A stretch of DNA of 64,000 bases, taken from NCBI GenBank assembly GCA_004431415.1, contig QPMI01000005.1:806001-870000 (forward strand), read 5' to 3'. How positions within the stretch are numbered: position 1 is the first letter of the stretch; the number at the start of each line of letters is the position of its first letter. This document shows, piece after piece, positions 26,001 through 37,802 of this stretch. Source of the DNA: Cyanophora paradoxa CCMP329 (Eukaryota; Plantae; Glaucophyta). The translations under genes and the position numbers were made by a program. The notes under the pieces were generated by a model. The model had not been told where the DNA came from. It ran no database searches and was given only the letters and a program-made list of their open reading frames with translations.

Positions 26001-29000
26001 GGCGTATCTGTTCGGCCTCTCGGATTTCCAGTCTGGCCCACGGTGGCTGGTTTCGCGCCTTCGCAAATCTGTCTATCGGTCTGATTCTTCGCATCTTATA
26101 AAGGTATTTGACTGTGCTCGGGGCTCTACCCGAGCGAAGTCTAGCATATATTCAAGCAGGCCTAGGCCTGTTGCGACCTTCAGCTGTGCTGATCATTAGC
26201 GACTGCGAGCGCAGGTGGACAACGTGGATGGCACTTCGTTCTCGGGACCTTTCCGCACTGTCATCCCTTCATTTACCTCCGGCATCACGTTCGCGCAAAG
26301 CTCCAGCATGTGTTCCCGCGTGCAGACCCTGATCAAGAATCACGTGCGCAGCGGGGCGCACGTGGTGGGAGATTTCAGTGCGCGACAATACTTCTATGAC
26401 GGTTACACAACGCCCTTCGTCGAGGCCCCTTTCATTGCTTTCTACGCCCGCGAGGTGTGCCGAATCCGATGTTTATCATATAGCTCTCTGGACCGTCACG
26501 ATTAGCACCCCATTAAGCCAATTATGAGCAACACCTTGATGTACATGTACCCCAATTTATTGATAATTAATATTAACGTTGCACCTACAGCCTGCATTCA
26601 TCGTCAAGCTTTACACGGAGTGCCCCGCCGGCACAGTGCGCCCTTCTTTGTATCACACGCATTTGCATGCTCGGATCTTTGCATGGTTGAGCCCCCGCAG
26701 AGCTTCAACATCGCCTCTATCAATGGGAACGTTGCGGGCGACACGTGCCTGCCCCTGCCCCCGGGGCTCTACTCCAACAAAACGGGCCTCATCGGCACCG
26801 AGGAGGCGACCGTGTGCCCGCCCGGGACCTTCTCGACAGGCGGGGCGACCGCGCCCTCCGTCTGCGCTGCGGGCACATATTCTACTGCCGGCGCATCCTC
26901 TTGCTACGGTGCGCCGCTGACCTCAAATTCGTCTCATGATGAGATCCCTCAAATGGGACCTAGCAATCTGAAACATTTACAATTGCAATGTCTGCAGACT
27001 GCCCCCAGAACACCTACTCATCAGCTCCTGGCATGGAGTGCACGCCTTGTGCGTCGAATGCCTTTACGCAGACGTCGAAATGGACGGCTCAGTGCCTCAC
27101 GTGCTCGTGCGTCGCTTCGCTCGTGCACGCAGTTGCAATGCTCTTTACCTTGCAATGAACAGGGCCGGGACATATCTGCCGTATACGGGTGCTTCGGTGT
27201 GCCTTCCGTGTCCAGCTTTCACCTACTCTTCTCGCGGAGCCCTCGAAACATGCCTTCCATGTCAGTTCACACTTTCGTTTAAAATAAGTACAGTCGTGCA
27301 TGCTCACGCGGTTTGAATTTCGTTGAATATTGCAGGCGCCGCTGGCATGGTGCCTTCTGTCGACTCGTCAACCTGCGAGCCCTGGTGAGAGTAGTTACCT
27401 GCACGCGGTGATGCTATTCACTGTGGATCAGTAAAGAGAGCTGAAAGCACGTTTCTTCCATGCATGCGCAGTCCTGCCGGAACATTTCAGCCTGGAAACC
27501 GCACGGCGTGCCGGAGTTGTCCAAGCCTCACGTATTCGCGCGCCGGCGCTTTCGGCTCGTGCACCGATTGTCCCGATGGTTCGCAGAGTTTCGAATGTTC
27601 CGTTGTTGAGCTCGTTGCGGGAAGGGACATTAATTGGATGCGCAGGGTACATAAGTCTGGACGACCGCGAGTCTTGTATGGCATGGTTCGTTACTCTATC
27701 GCCAATCCTTGTCTAGATTTATTCTTGCCCTTCACGCTGCGCAACAATAATCGCCTGATCGGTTCACCTCGAGCTCGTAATCAGTTCTGCGGGCTTTTAT
27801 CGCTCGACAAACATGAGCGACTGCGCGCGGTAAGCTAATGCTCGAGAACTACTTTTCATTTGATCGCAAAAACCGAACTTCTCCGAGGCGCTGCTGTATC
27901 TTGACCATAAAGCGTTGCCTAGATGTCCGATGAACACCATAGCAAGTGCACCGGCACAGTCGTCCTGCATCGACTGCCCCACGGGACAAGTCAGCGCCGC
28001 CGATCAGCAGTCATGCATTCCTTGCCCTGCGGGTTTGTGCATTATACAGTACCTTCTTTCAAGCTCATAATATAGTGTCGACTGCAACTATCCCAAACGA
28101 CGTTTTTCGCGCGCAGGGACGTACCGAAACAGCAGCATGACGTGGTGCCAGCCTGTCCCGCCCGGGGCTATTGCCCCCCTTGGAAGCAGCGCATACTCGG
28201 TCAGCTTTGCATTGAAATATCGATACACATTACTCTGTCTTACAGATCACATCATTCTTCAATCTGATGATTTGGCGCCCCCCCAGATATGCGCTGCCGG
28301 AAAAGTGCCGAACGAGGATCGCTCGGAGTGCCGGGCGTGCGGCAAGGGGAATTTCGAGCAGAATCTGATCTGCAAAGCTTGCGTCGGAAACACATATAAC
28401 CCCTTCGAAGCATCCCAAACATGCCTCGATTGGTGCACGCTCGCTCGCTGCAATCGGGTGTGCCGTTGATATTCGCCGCGCGCACGCGCACAGTCACGGC
28501 GGGTACTTTGCGAGCCCCGACAAGCAAAGCTGTCAAGCGTATGATCGGATTGTCTTTTCTGTTTTCCATTCGCAAGCCGAATACCGCGCTCGCTGCAGCT
28601 GCCTGCCTGGGCGATACCGCATGCAGAACATGACGAACTGCGAAATCTGCCCTCTTCGTGCGTGTACCCGTGACGCCTGCAAATTTCTCGTAACCAATCG
28701 ACTGAAATTCGAGCGCACGCAGAGACGTTCAGTACGGGCGGGGCGGCGGAATGCACTCGCTGCCAGCCTGGGCGGTGAGCGCAGCGTGGCCATGGCTCGT
28801 TGGTCATGCTTCATCGCGATCGGGGCGCTAACATGGAGCACAGGGTTTCCACTGCGGACCGCACGTTTTGCGAGGCGTGCCCGGCGGGGACGTTCGAGAG
28901 CGCCGGGGCCTGCCTGGACTGCCCGCTGAACGAAGTGACCCCGTCGACCGGCGCGACCGCCTGCACCCCCTGCGCCGCTGGCACAGTGGCCTCGCTCGAC

Positions 29001-32000
29001 CGTCAGAACTGCGACGTTCGCGCCCCACCCGCGCAACAGCGCCGCCTCAAGCTCGCTATGTCGCCGACTGGCGGTGCGCAGCCATGCCCGCAGGGGACAG
29101 CGCGACCCGAAAATGCTACCAGCTGCAGGCAGTGCCCTTTTCGGTGCGCACACGTCGCCAATGTGACTTCATGATGGCAGCAATGATGGATGAGCTCTCG
29201 CCTTCGCAGATTCTACACGCCCGCAGCCGGCGCTTCCGTCTGCACAGCATGGTACGCCGAGAAGCGAGATGCTGTTCGAGATGCTGGAATAAATATTCCG
29301 TTCTGGCGCAGCCCGCAAGGAACGGAGAGCTCGGACGATCGCACGGAGTGTCGCCCCTGCACCGCGGTGCGTCTCTGCATCTCTTCCCGTTTCTAGAGCC
29401 TCGCATCCTCTCCACGAATTAAGCGAACAGCCCCGCAGGGCTTCTTCGAGCTCGAGGGGCGCTGCAGGCCCTGCCCCCTCGTGCGCGGTTGTGCTGTCGG
29501 GGCGGACAGCGATGGTCGGGCTCATGGTCGCGTCTGCGCAGGGCACGTTCAGCGGGATGGGGGCGTTCGGGGCGTGCCCCCCGTGCCCCCGCGGGACCAC
29601 GAGCAACGCGGACAGGACGGGCTGCGTGCCCTGCCCCGCCGGCCTCTTCGAGAACGCGACTTTCTGCATCCCGGTATGCCTTGAAAATCGATTGTAAACA
29701 ATTGAATGCCGCCGAATGGAGAGTGAATTCGCGGTCAGTGCCCGTCCGGCTCCATTTCCCTCCCTGGAGACGTGACGTGCACCAAATGCTCCCCGGTGCG
29801 AAGGGCCGCCCCCATTGACGTTTACACGCGTTGCGGCTGGGCGTACGCGCGAGGCTTATGCGCGCTGCCATGGCCAGGGCACGATCTCCAACGACGACAG
29901 AACCCTGTGCATACCCTGCCCGGCCGGCACCTTCCATGGCGAGGGGCAGAACAGCTGTTTCCCCTGCAAGCCGGTGCGAGCTGTTACACAAAGTATTGTC
30001 ACGCAAATCATTTTACACGCGTACACTTCTTTATGCGTGGCCCGTGTAGGGCACCTACGCCCCCGAACGGACATTCCGCGAGTGCCTGCAATGCAGTCCT
30101 GGGCTGTACGCCTCCTCGGACAGGTCCGCCAAGCCCTTCTGCGCTCCTTTCGGCCCCCCGGCTGCGGTGGCTCACGTGTCGCTCTGTTCGAATTCAGCAC
30201 GCGCTGCATCCCGTGCGACGCTGGGCTCCATATGCCCAACGGCTCTGTCGCCTGCGAAAAGGTACGCTTCGCGGCCAGAACTCGCGCCCTGCCGCGGCCG
30301 GCGGCAACGCTCGAACTGGTAGCTTTAGTTCCGTTGACCGATTGAAACGCGCAGTGCCCTCTGAACACATTCGTCGACCTGCCGGGCCGCTCAGGCAGCT
30401 GCACGGAGTGCGCGGGGGGATACGTGTCGGCCTCGGACCGCCGCAGCTGCGTCCCCTGCCGCCCGGTGAGCTCGCGCCGTGGCTTTGCTCTTAAAGCGTC
30501 TACAAATGCCAACGTGCGGACGCGGGGCGGGGCAGGGCCAGTATAGGAACGGGTCCATGCCGGTCTGCTTCGACTGTCCGCTGGGAACCCATTCGCAAGA
30601 CTTCGGCTCCCCCGCCTGCAGCACATGGTGCCCCCGGGCTCTTCGGCGTCGCAAACTCGTACAAAGTTAACGTTCGCCCGTGTGCTCGCACTTGCGCTCG
30701 CGATTGCAGCCCGCCCGGCAAGGTACCGCGCGAAGACCAAGTGGACTGCACCGGTGCGCGCTCTCGATCGATATTCGCACGCAGTTCGATGTCGAAGGAC
30801 TAAGCGTTTGGCGCTTTGGCGCCTGTCGCCCCTCGCAGCGTGCCCCGCGGGCTCTGTGCCCGACCCCAACACCTTCACGTGCAAAATGTGCGAGGCGAAC
30901 GCAGTCGCGCCCTCCGCGGGGCTCGCCCTATGCCAGGTCCGGCCCCGTCCCACCCCACCTCCCGTCTCCCTCTCTACCCCGTTCTGGCCTTCGGCCGGCC
31001 GTTCACGACGTCGACTTTTCATTGCACTCAGATCTGCCCCGCGGGCCAATTCGCGGATGATGCGCGGCGGACCTGCAAGCCCTGCCCAGCGGTGCGACCC
31101 GCGCATGCCTACCCGCCCACTCCTCTCTTCGCGCCGCGCCGCTTGCGACGCGCGTGGGCCACCAGGGCACGCGGATGCCGGAGGGCTCCCTCGCCTGCGA
31201 AAAGTGCGAGGCAAATTCGATCTCGGGGCCGGGCTCTGTCTCCTGCGCCCAATGCGAGGCGGGTTTCATGTCGGACGACGGTCTGGCGTGCGCGGCCTGC
31301 CCGCCCGGCACCTACCGCAACACCTCCATGCTTGGCTGCACGCCGTGGTTCGTCGTTGCATCGAATTCGAACGCATCGCTGAAAGCCCGGAATGTTTTCA
31401 ATGATCTTAAATTCGAAATTCACGCAGCCCGTTGGGGACTTACGCATCGGGCAACGGGAGCGCGGCGTGTCTGCCGTGCCCGCCGCAGACCCTCTGCCCA
31501 GTCGCCACGAGCACGCCGCACTCGGTCGACCTTTCGACGTTTTCGAGCGCCCTGCGCGTCGCCCCGGGGATGGCGGAGTCGGCATCGCGCCGACTCCTGC
31601 GCTCCTTCGGCCGGCCCCGCCGCCGGACCCTTGAGTACGACGAAGACGACGTCGAGCTTAAAGCCGACGCCTTCGAGTACGGGACCAACACGGGGACGAT
31701 CACGCAGCCCGTGGTCAAAACGGAGGAGGAAGTACTCAAGCAGACCAACACGGTGCGGTCTGCCGAGCTCGACGGCTCTCCGAGCTGACTCCTTGTAGCT
31801 CTTCGCGATCATCGGAGCCGGCGCTGTGGGAGGGACCGCCCTCGTGGGCATTGCCGTGTTTCTCTACCTGCGCGTGCTTCCGGCCTCGACGCCCGAATCC
31901 CGCGCTGCCCGCTACCGCCGTCTTCAGCGGCTCCACTTTCTTTTCCGGGGCAAGCAGTCTGCCGAGAGGGCGGGGCGCGATATTTGGGCTGACGGCCCCG

Positions 32001-34259
32001 CGCGCAGAACGAATCGAACAGGACGCGCAGCGCACACAGCTGCAGAAAAGCGGCGATCCCGACAAGAGCAAAGGAATCCAGACAACACCAGCAGCAGCAA
32101 CATCCGCCCGCACCCAGCATTTGAAGGAACCCTGGGCGACCACCAACGGCGCCAATAGCAAGAGCAAGAGCGAGAGCGCTGCAGGCGGAGAGTCGGGCTC
32201 GGACTCGCCCGTGCGGACGATCTCGGGGGCAATCTTCACGCTGCTCGCCATCGTCGCCGTCGGCGTCGCGCTCTGCTTTGTCGTCGTCCAGTTTGCCATC
32301 GCGAATCACAGCATCGTCCAAAGGCGAGACGAGGTTCGAATCGCCGATGCTGGCCTGGCGCTGACTCGCTCTCGCAGCCTGAACCCCGGCGTCTCGCCCA
32401 CGGCTGCCTCCATCGCCGGCACGTTCGCCTTCTCCGCCACCTTCCGCGGCTACCGCGGGGCCTGCGCGACCGACCTCGACGCCTCCGTCGAGGTCACCGG
32501 ATTCTCGGGCGCCCAGAGCCTCTCCACGGCCCCATTCGACGCCGGCGCGTCCTGCAAGTGCGTGCCATCTGCGCGCGCGTCCTCCGCTCATGATCAGTGG
32601 AGCTCTGAGGCTGAATCGGTCGCAGCATGACCTGGACGTGCACTGGCTGCCGCATTGCGTCGGTTTACGGGGCGACCGCCACGCTGCGCCTCTCCTCGCG
32701 GCTCGCCTACGCCGTATCCATCATCTACACAATCAAGGTGCGCTGGGCACGAGCACCGCGTTACAATTGGGAAGGCTACAAGGGTTATGAGACTCGCTGC
32801 AACGCCGCAGGTCCCCGAGTTCGTTACGGCCGAGGGATTCGTCCAGACCGCCCGTGAAGACACGTACGCCCGCCTTGCCCTCCCCCATCCTCCAGGTGCG
32901 TTCGGCGCTGAGATTTAGAGGCGCGCAGGGTCTTCCGAGGGAGCGCCGCCGTGCCCCTCCCCGTGGCCCTCACCCCGATGCACTTCACCTCGAAGGACGA
33001 CGTGAGTGGCTTCACTTCCAAATCAACGAATTACTCTCCGATCAAATGCACTCACCAATTCATTGTCGCCTTTAAGGGACGCCCCCGGTACTTTGCCGCG
33101 TTGTCCCTCGCAGAGGCGGGCGCCGCCGAGCGAGGCCTTGACACATTCGTCCGTGGCCCACCCCTTCCAGCGTCATTGTCGCACCGGCGTCTCTGATCAC
33201 GCCTGTCCCCTGTGCAGGCCCTGTGCTCGCCCACCCGGCCCCTGACGTCGCCCGAGTGCTCCGACGAATCCGTTGCGGCCGTCGCCGCGTTCCGCGTCGC
33301 TGAGGTACGCTGCTCGATTTTCCTGCGGCTGTAAATATACACGCAGTCGAACGGCGCGTCTCGACAGGTGTACGTGCTGGTCGACCGGAAGCTCCGCTCG
33401 ACGGTGCTGGACGCAATTGCCAACGCGGCGAGTCTCGCGGGGGTGGCGCTCGGCGCCGCGGGCCAGGTCCTCGTCGCTTATCTATTCGTCAAGAACTTGC
33501 TCGCGGTGAGCCGAACGAACCCAAATACTCGACGCCGATAAACCGCGGATTCGGCTCACACGCACACGTGCACGTGCACTTTCCCAGCACAAACTTGGGA
33601 TCAGAGGGCACGAGACGGGCGAAGACTTCCTTGCAGCAGCGGACGGCGACGCTGCAGCCGTAGCGAACGCTCACGCCCCGCTGGCCGCCGTCACGATCGG
33701 AGGTTCGCGGAGGCCATCTGTCGATCGGAATCTCCATCCCGTGCCCCGCCGGAGGCGATCCACGGAGCATCTTTGGAACGTCCACACCAGCGGTAATGGC
33801 GATTGCGAAACAGAGGCGGGTCTGCGGAAATCGAAGAGCGGGCGCGAGTCGGCTTCCCCGGTCAGAACCGGGAGGCCTCCCCGGGAAAACCTCCGTATGA
33901 GCCTCGGGCTCCCTCGGCCAGTGGCCGCGGGATCGAATTCTCGCACTGAAAACGCCGCTTTCCCGCGCGATCGGCCCGTGCACGTGGCGCCCGGTGCCCG
34001 CATTGAAAGTCTGGCGCTCCCGCGGCCATGGCCAGTTCCCGCGGGCAGCGCCGTCAGCTCGCGATCGACGCCGGACAGCACGCTCAACGGCAGCCTTTCG
34101 GGCTCGGGGAGATCTGGTCAACCGCCAGGAACGGAAGCGGACGTCGATCGCGACCGCAGGCGCGTGCGCAGCCCGCGGACCCCGCGTTCTCCCCCGATCG
34201 CGACGGCCGATTGCGAGGAGAATTTCGCCGAAAGCGATGTGCGCGTCGTCAGCCTTTGA
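23009..34259 (+). CDS. Very large multi-exon surface protein: signal peptide, many Cys-rich CxxCPxGxY/F repeats (GCC2/GCC3, ephrin-receptor-like/TNFR-like), three hydrophobic segments near the C-terminus
   Basis: MARVLAGYRCLILVLASSLL signal-like start. Many small exons with CPPGTFS, CAAGTYS, CPAGTF, CPLGTHS etc. (26620-31510). Hydrophobic segments LFAIIGAGAVGGTALVGIAVFLYL (~31799), GAIFTLLAIVAVGVALCFVVVQF (~32226) and AIANAASLAGVALGAAGQVLVAYLFV (~33413). Low-complexity tail stops at 34259. Exact 5' exons are uncertain. Confidence 0.75.
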
Positions 34260-34428
34260 AGCTGAAGACATGTACAATTGCGATCGAGCTCGGCGGCGAG
34301 CGTACGCTCGGACGCGTACTCGGTCTTGCTGCACGGCTGGCGAGGCCTGCTGATATTCTTAAAATTCTAGTCTATATTCTAGCCTACAGATCTACAGATA
34401 GCTATGAATTCACCCGCAGCCAGCCGGT

Positions 34429-34628
34429 CTCATTCGCTTCTCGTCTCTTCTCGATCGATATCTGTCTCTGTGTCTGTCCATTTTTATTGTCGTTTTTGGC
34501 TCTTTGTCTTGTCGTTCTCCGTGCTCTTGTCTTAGGTTTTTAGTTTCTTTGTCCCTGTGCCCCCTGGGCACTGCGGCACCCCCCGCAGTGCTGGTGTCGA
34601 GAGACTGGCCGGTAATTCACCAACAAAA
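34429..34628 (+). mobile_element. Very short 5'-truncated copy of the same LINE (3' UTR and degenerate A-tail)
   Basis: Matches revcomp of ~6060-6250 (tcgtctcttctcg...tgccccctgggca...ccgcagtgctggtgtc.agagact..ggccggtaattcaccaacaaaa). Flanked by direct repeat CAGCCGGT at 34421-34428 and 34631-34638. Confidence 0.88.
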
Positions 34629-35149
34629 GTCAGCCGGTTATATGATATTATAAATAATACATATGCATATTGTAAACGTATACGTAGCTCTCCCTAAAGC
34701 CGACAAGGCCACCGACTAGTAAATTATGTATATAAAATGTGTATTCGTAATCTATTATCACTCACGCGTCCCGTGCGGACTTCAAGGCTTCAAACTTGAA
34801 AGAAAGGAGGGCGCCACGCCAGCCCATGACCAGTAGCAGGCGATGAGGAGCCTTCGCGATCGATCTGAACTTGATTTGATTGATCACGACCAGTACTGCC
34901 ACCCGTGATCTAGGCGTGAAAGCTCAGCTTTCTAATTATTAGCTCAATATACCTCTTCCGAAGTACCTCCTTTATATATCATGCGCCCCACGCATGGCGC
35001 GCTCGTACCCTTCAGGGCCTTCTTCGGCCCAGATCAGCGGCGGCCTCGCTTTACCGTGCCCCTCCAGTGCTCTCCGTGCCCTTTACCGTGACTTAGCAAG
35101 ACTTCATTTCTTTCGGCAACACATGAATCGGAGTCACGAGCCTGGATTG

Positions 35150-37595
35150 TCACGGGGCGCCGGGGTCCGGGGGGGCGGGAGGGGGCGCGATCCCCTCCAT
35201 CAGCGCCCTCTCCAGCTCGTCGGCGAGATGCGAGGAGGCGGGTGCCGGGGCCGGCGGAGGGGGGGCAGGGGCTGGGGCGGGATCAGGGGGGTACGAGCTC
35301 GAGGGGGCGCCCGAGAGGGCCCAGAGGGCCGGCAGGGGCACGTGGAGGGGGCGGGGGGCTGCTGGCCTGCGGGAAGGGGATGGGAGCGCGCCGAGGAAGC
35401 CTGGGCCGACGTCGACAGGCCCTGCAGGGCCGGCTGGGGTACGTAGACGCCGCCCGCGGAGGAGGGAAGGGGCGCAGGGCGCGCGGGGGGAGACGCGGCG
35501 GCGGCGGCGGCGGCGGCGGTCCCAGTACCCGACCCCGACCCCGACCCCGCCCCCGTCCCGGGGAGCCGGGCCTCGGCGGCCTCGGCGCGCCTGCGGAGGG
35601 CCTCGGCGCGGTTCACGGCGCTGTCGCGCTGCGCGCTAAGCGTGCTGCACTCGCGCCGCGCCGCGTTCAGGTCCGCCTCGGCCTCCACGAGGCGCCCGTT
35701 GGCCGCCGCCAGCGCCGCCGTCAGCCGCCGGACCTCTGCCTCCCCGGCCGCCCGCTGCTCCCGCTCCGCCTCCAGCTCCGCCCGCGCCCCCTCCAGCTCC
35801 GCCCCGGCGTCCGCGGCCTGCTCAGATCAGATCAGATCAGATCGGATCGGGTCGGATCTGAGCGGAGCGGAGCAGAGCAGGCGCGCCTCCCGCCTCTGCT
35901 CCTCGAGCTCCCGCCTGAGCCGCTCATTCTCCGCCGAGAGCCGCTGGAGCGCCGCCGGCTGCTCGCCCGGGGCCCGCGCCCCGAGCCGCACTAGCTCCGC
36001 CTCACGCTCCCGAGCCTGCGGCGCCGCCTGAGCCGCGCCGAGCTCAGGTGAGCCGGCTCGGGCGGATATCGCGAACCCGCCGCTCGAGCTCTTCGACCCG
36101 CGAACGAAGCTCGCCGGCCTCCGCTCTCGCCGCGTTCGCCTGAGCTCAGATCGATCAGATCAGCTGAGGAACGCGGGTAGGGGGGTACGCTGGCACCTGC
36201 TCGACCAGGCCCCGGAGGGGACCCTTCTCGTCCGACCCCCCGCCGGCCCGGGCCTCCGCCAGCGCCCTCTCGTAGTTCTCCGCAGTCGCCCGCCGCCGCC
36301 GCTCCATGCGCCTGAGCCGCCGCTCGGCCGCCCCCGCCCTCCGCGCCGCCTCCGCCGCCTCGCGCCGGAGCGCGCCCCGGTCGGCGCGGCGCCGCTCGAG
36401 CGCCCGCTCGGCCCGCTGGAGCTCGGCGGGGTCGACCGGCCGCCCATCCCGCTGCGCCTCGGCCATCTGGAGGAGGAGCCGCAGCGTCGCCGCCGGCATG
36501 TCGTCCGCTGGCGCCGCCGCCGGCGCCGACGAGGAGGAGGAGGACGACGATGCGGGGGGCGCCGCCGCCGCCGCCGAGGAGGACGACGAGGAGGGGAGAG
36601 ATGCGGAGGTGCCTTCGCCGCCGTTGCCGTTGCGCCGCGCGTCCGCCGGCGGCGGGGCGGCACCGGCGGCGGCGGGTCGTCGGGCTCGGGCCCGCCCACT
36701 GTTCCGCCCCGCCCCGCCCTCCTCCGCCGCGCCCGCCCCGTCCGCTGCGCCCGCGTCCTCCATCTCCTGCTCCTCGTAAGGCGGGTGACCGTTCCCCTCG
36801 CCTCCTTCCGCGTACCCCTCCGCCTCTCCCTCGTCTGGAGCGATGTCATGCGGGCGCGGGGCGCGGCGCGGCGCGCGCCGTGGCGCGGGCGGCGGCGCAC
36901 CGGTCTCGGTGGCGGGCTCATGCGACTCCTGCTTGATCCCGTCGTCCGCGGATCGGGGAGGCGATGAGCCCGCGCCCGTGCTCAGGCTCCGGTCGTCGTC
37001 GGGGGCCCGCCGCCTGCGCTTCCGGCCGGGCGCGCCCGCTCTGCTCGAGCGCGACCCGCCCTGTTGTCCCGCGTAGTCCGGTTTCGACTCCCGCTGAAGC
37101 CGATCGCGAAGCGCGATCTGGGGACCGGCCATCGGGCAGCCGCTCTCCAAGTCGTTTTCCTGAAGGTCCTCTGTGCGCGCCGCGGCCGCGGCCGACCGGT
37201 GAGGAGCGCGGGGGGAGGGGGGCGCGCGGCCGACATCGGCTTGAATCGCAGAGTCGCGCACTGAATTTCTTGCCGCTAGCCGCTCTCTTCCTGGTCTTTC
37301 TATACTCGGTCCTGGCGTCGTCAACCATGAAGCCGGTCTGGCGGCGGACGCGGAAGTGAGCGTTCGCACGGCGCGCACAGTGAAGGCCGGCGGAGCGCAC
37401 TTCTCTGAGACAAGCGCATAGAAGAGGATCGTCGCGCCACTTGGTCGCGTAGTCCTCGTCGTCTTCGAAGTTCTCGCCCGGATAGAGGGCCTTGATCAAC
37501 TCCTTGGCGGGTAGGCGCTCGGAAGCGTCGTCCAGGTTCTCCCAGCGGTTCCAGTCGAGTTCAAGTGGATTCACGGCGCCCGCATGGTCGCCCAT
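35150..37595 (-). CDS. Uncharacterised multi-exon protein: globular N-terminus, low-complexity middle, coiled-coil C-terminal half
   Basis: Exon 1 MGDHAGAVNPLELDWNRWENLDD...CACLRE|gt. Ala/Glu/Arg coiled-coil blocks (AELQRAERALERRR, EAEADLNAARRECSTLSAQRD). No recognisable family. Confidence 0.55.
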
Positions 37596-37802
37596 CGCTG
37601 CCTCGCGGCGTGCGGACCGCCGCCGCGCCTACGCTACTCGTTTGCAACGGGCGAGTTGGGTGCGGCTGTGCTCGATGCGGGTATCTGCTGCGGTTGCGCC
37701 GCGGTCAAATTCAGACGGGGACAGCAATTCTTTGTAGGGGGTACAAGCGGCCCAGCCTTCCCGCCGAGCGAGGCAGCGCGCGTGAGCCAGCATCACGAGG
37801 CG
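37596..37802. promoter_or_regulatory. Probable bidirectional promoter (~200 bp)
   Basis: Divergent ATGs at 37595 (-) and 37803 (+). Confidence 0.5.

Noticed and set aside
29856-31214. 452-aa minus-strand ORF and other long Arg/Gly/Pro-rich ORFs across the window
   Set aside because: Antisense or off-frame to supported spliced genes; expected at this GC content.
31752-31798. In-frame TGA suggesting readthrough or selenocysteine in the Cys-rich gene
   Set aside because: The TGA falls within a short GT...TAG intron.
35822-35862. (GATCA)n microsatellite as a distinct element (also ~17031 and ~36147)
   Set aside because: Short intronic slippage repeats with no further structure.
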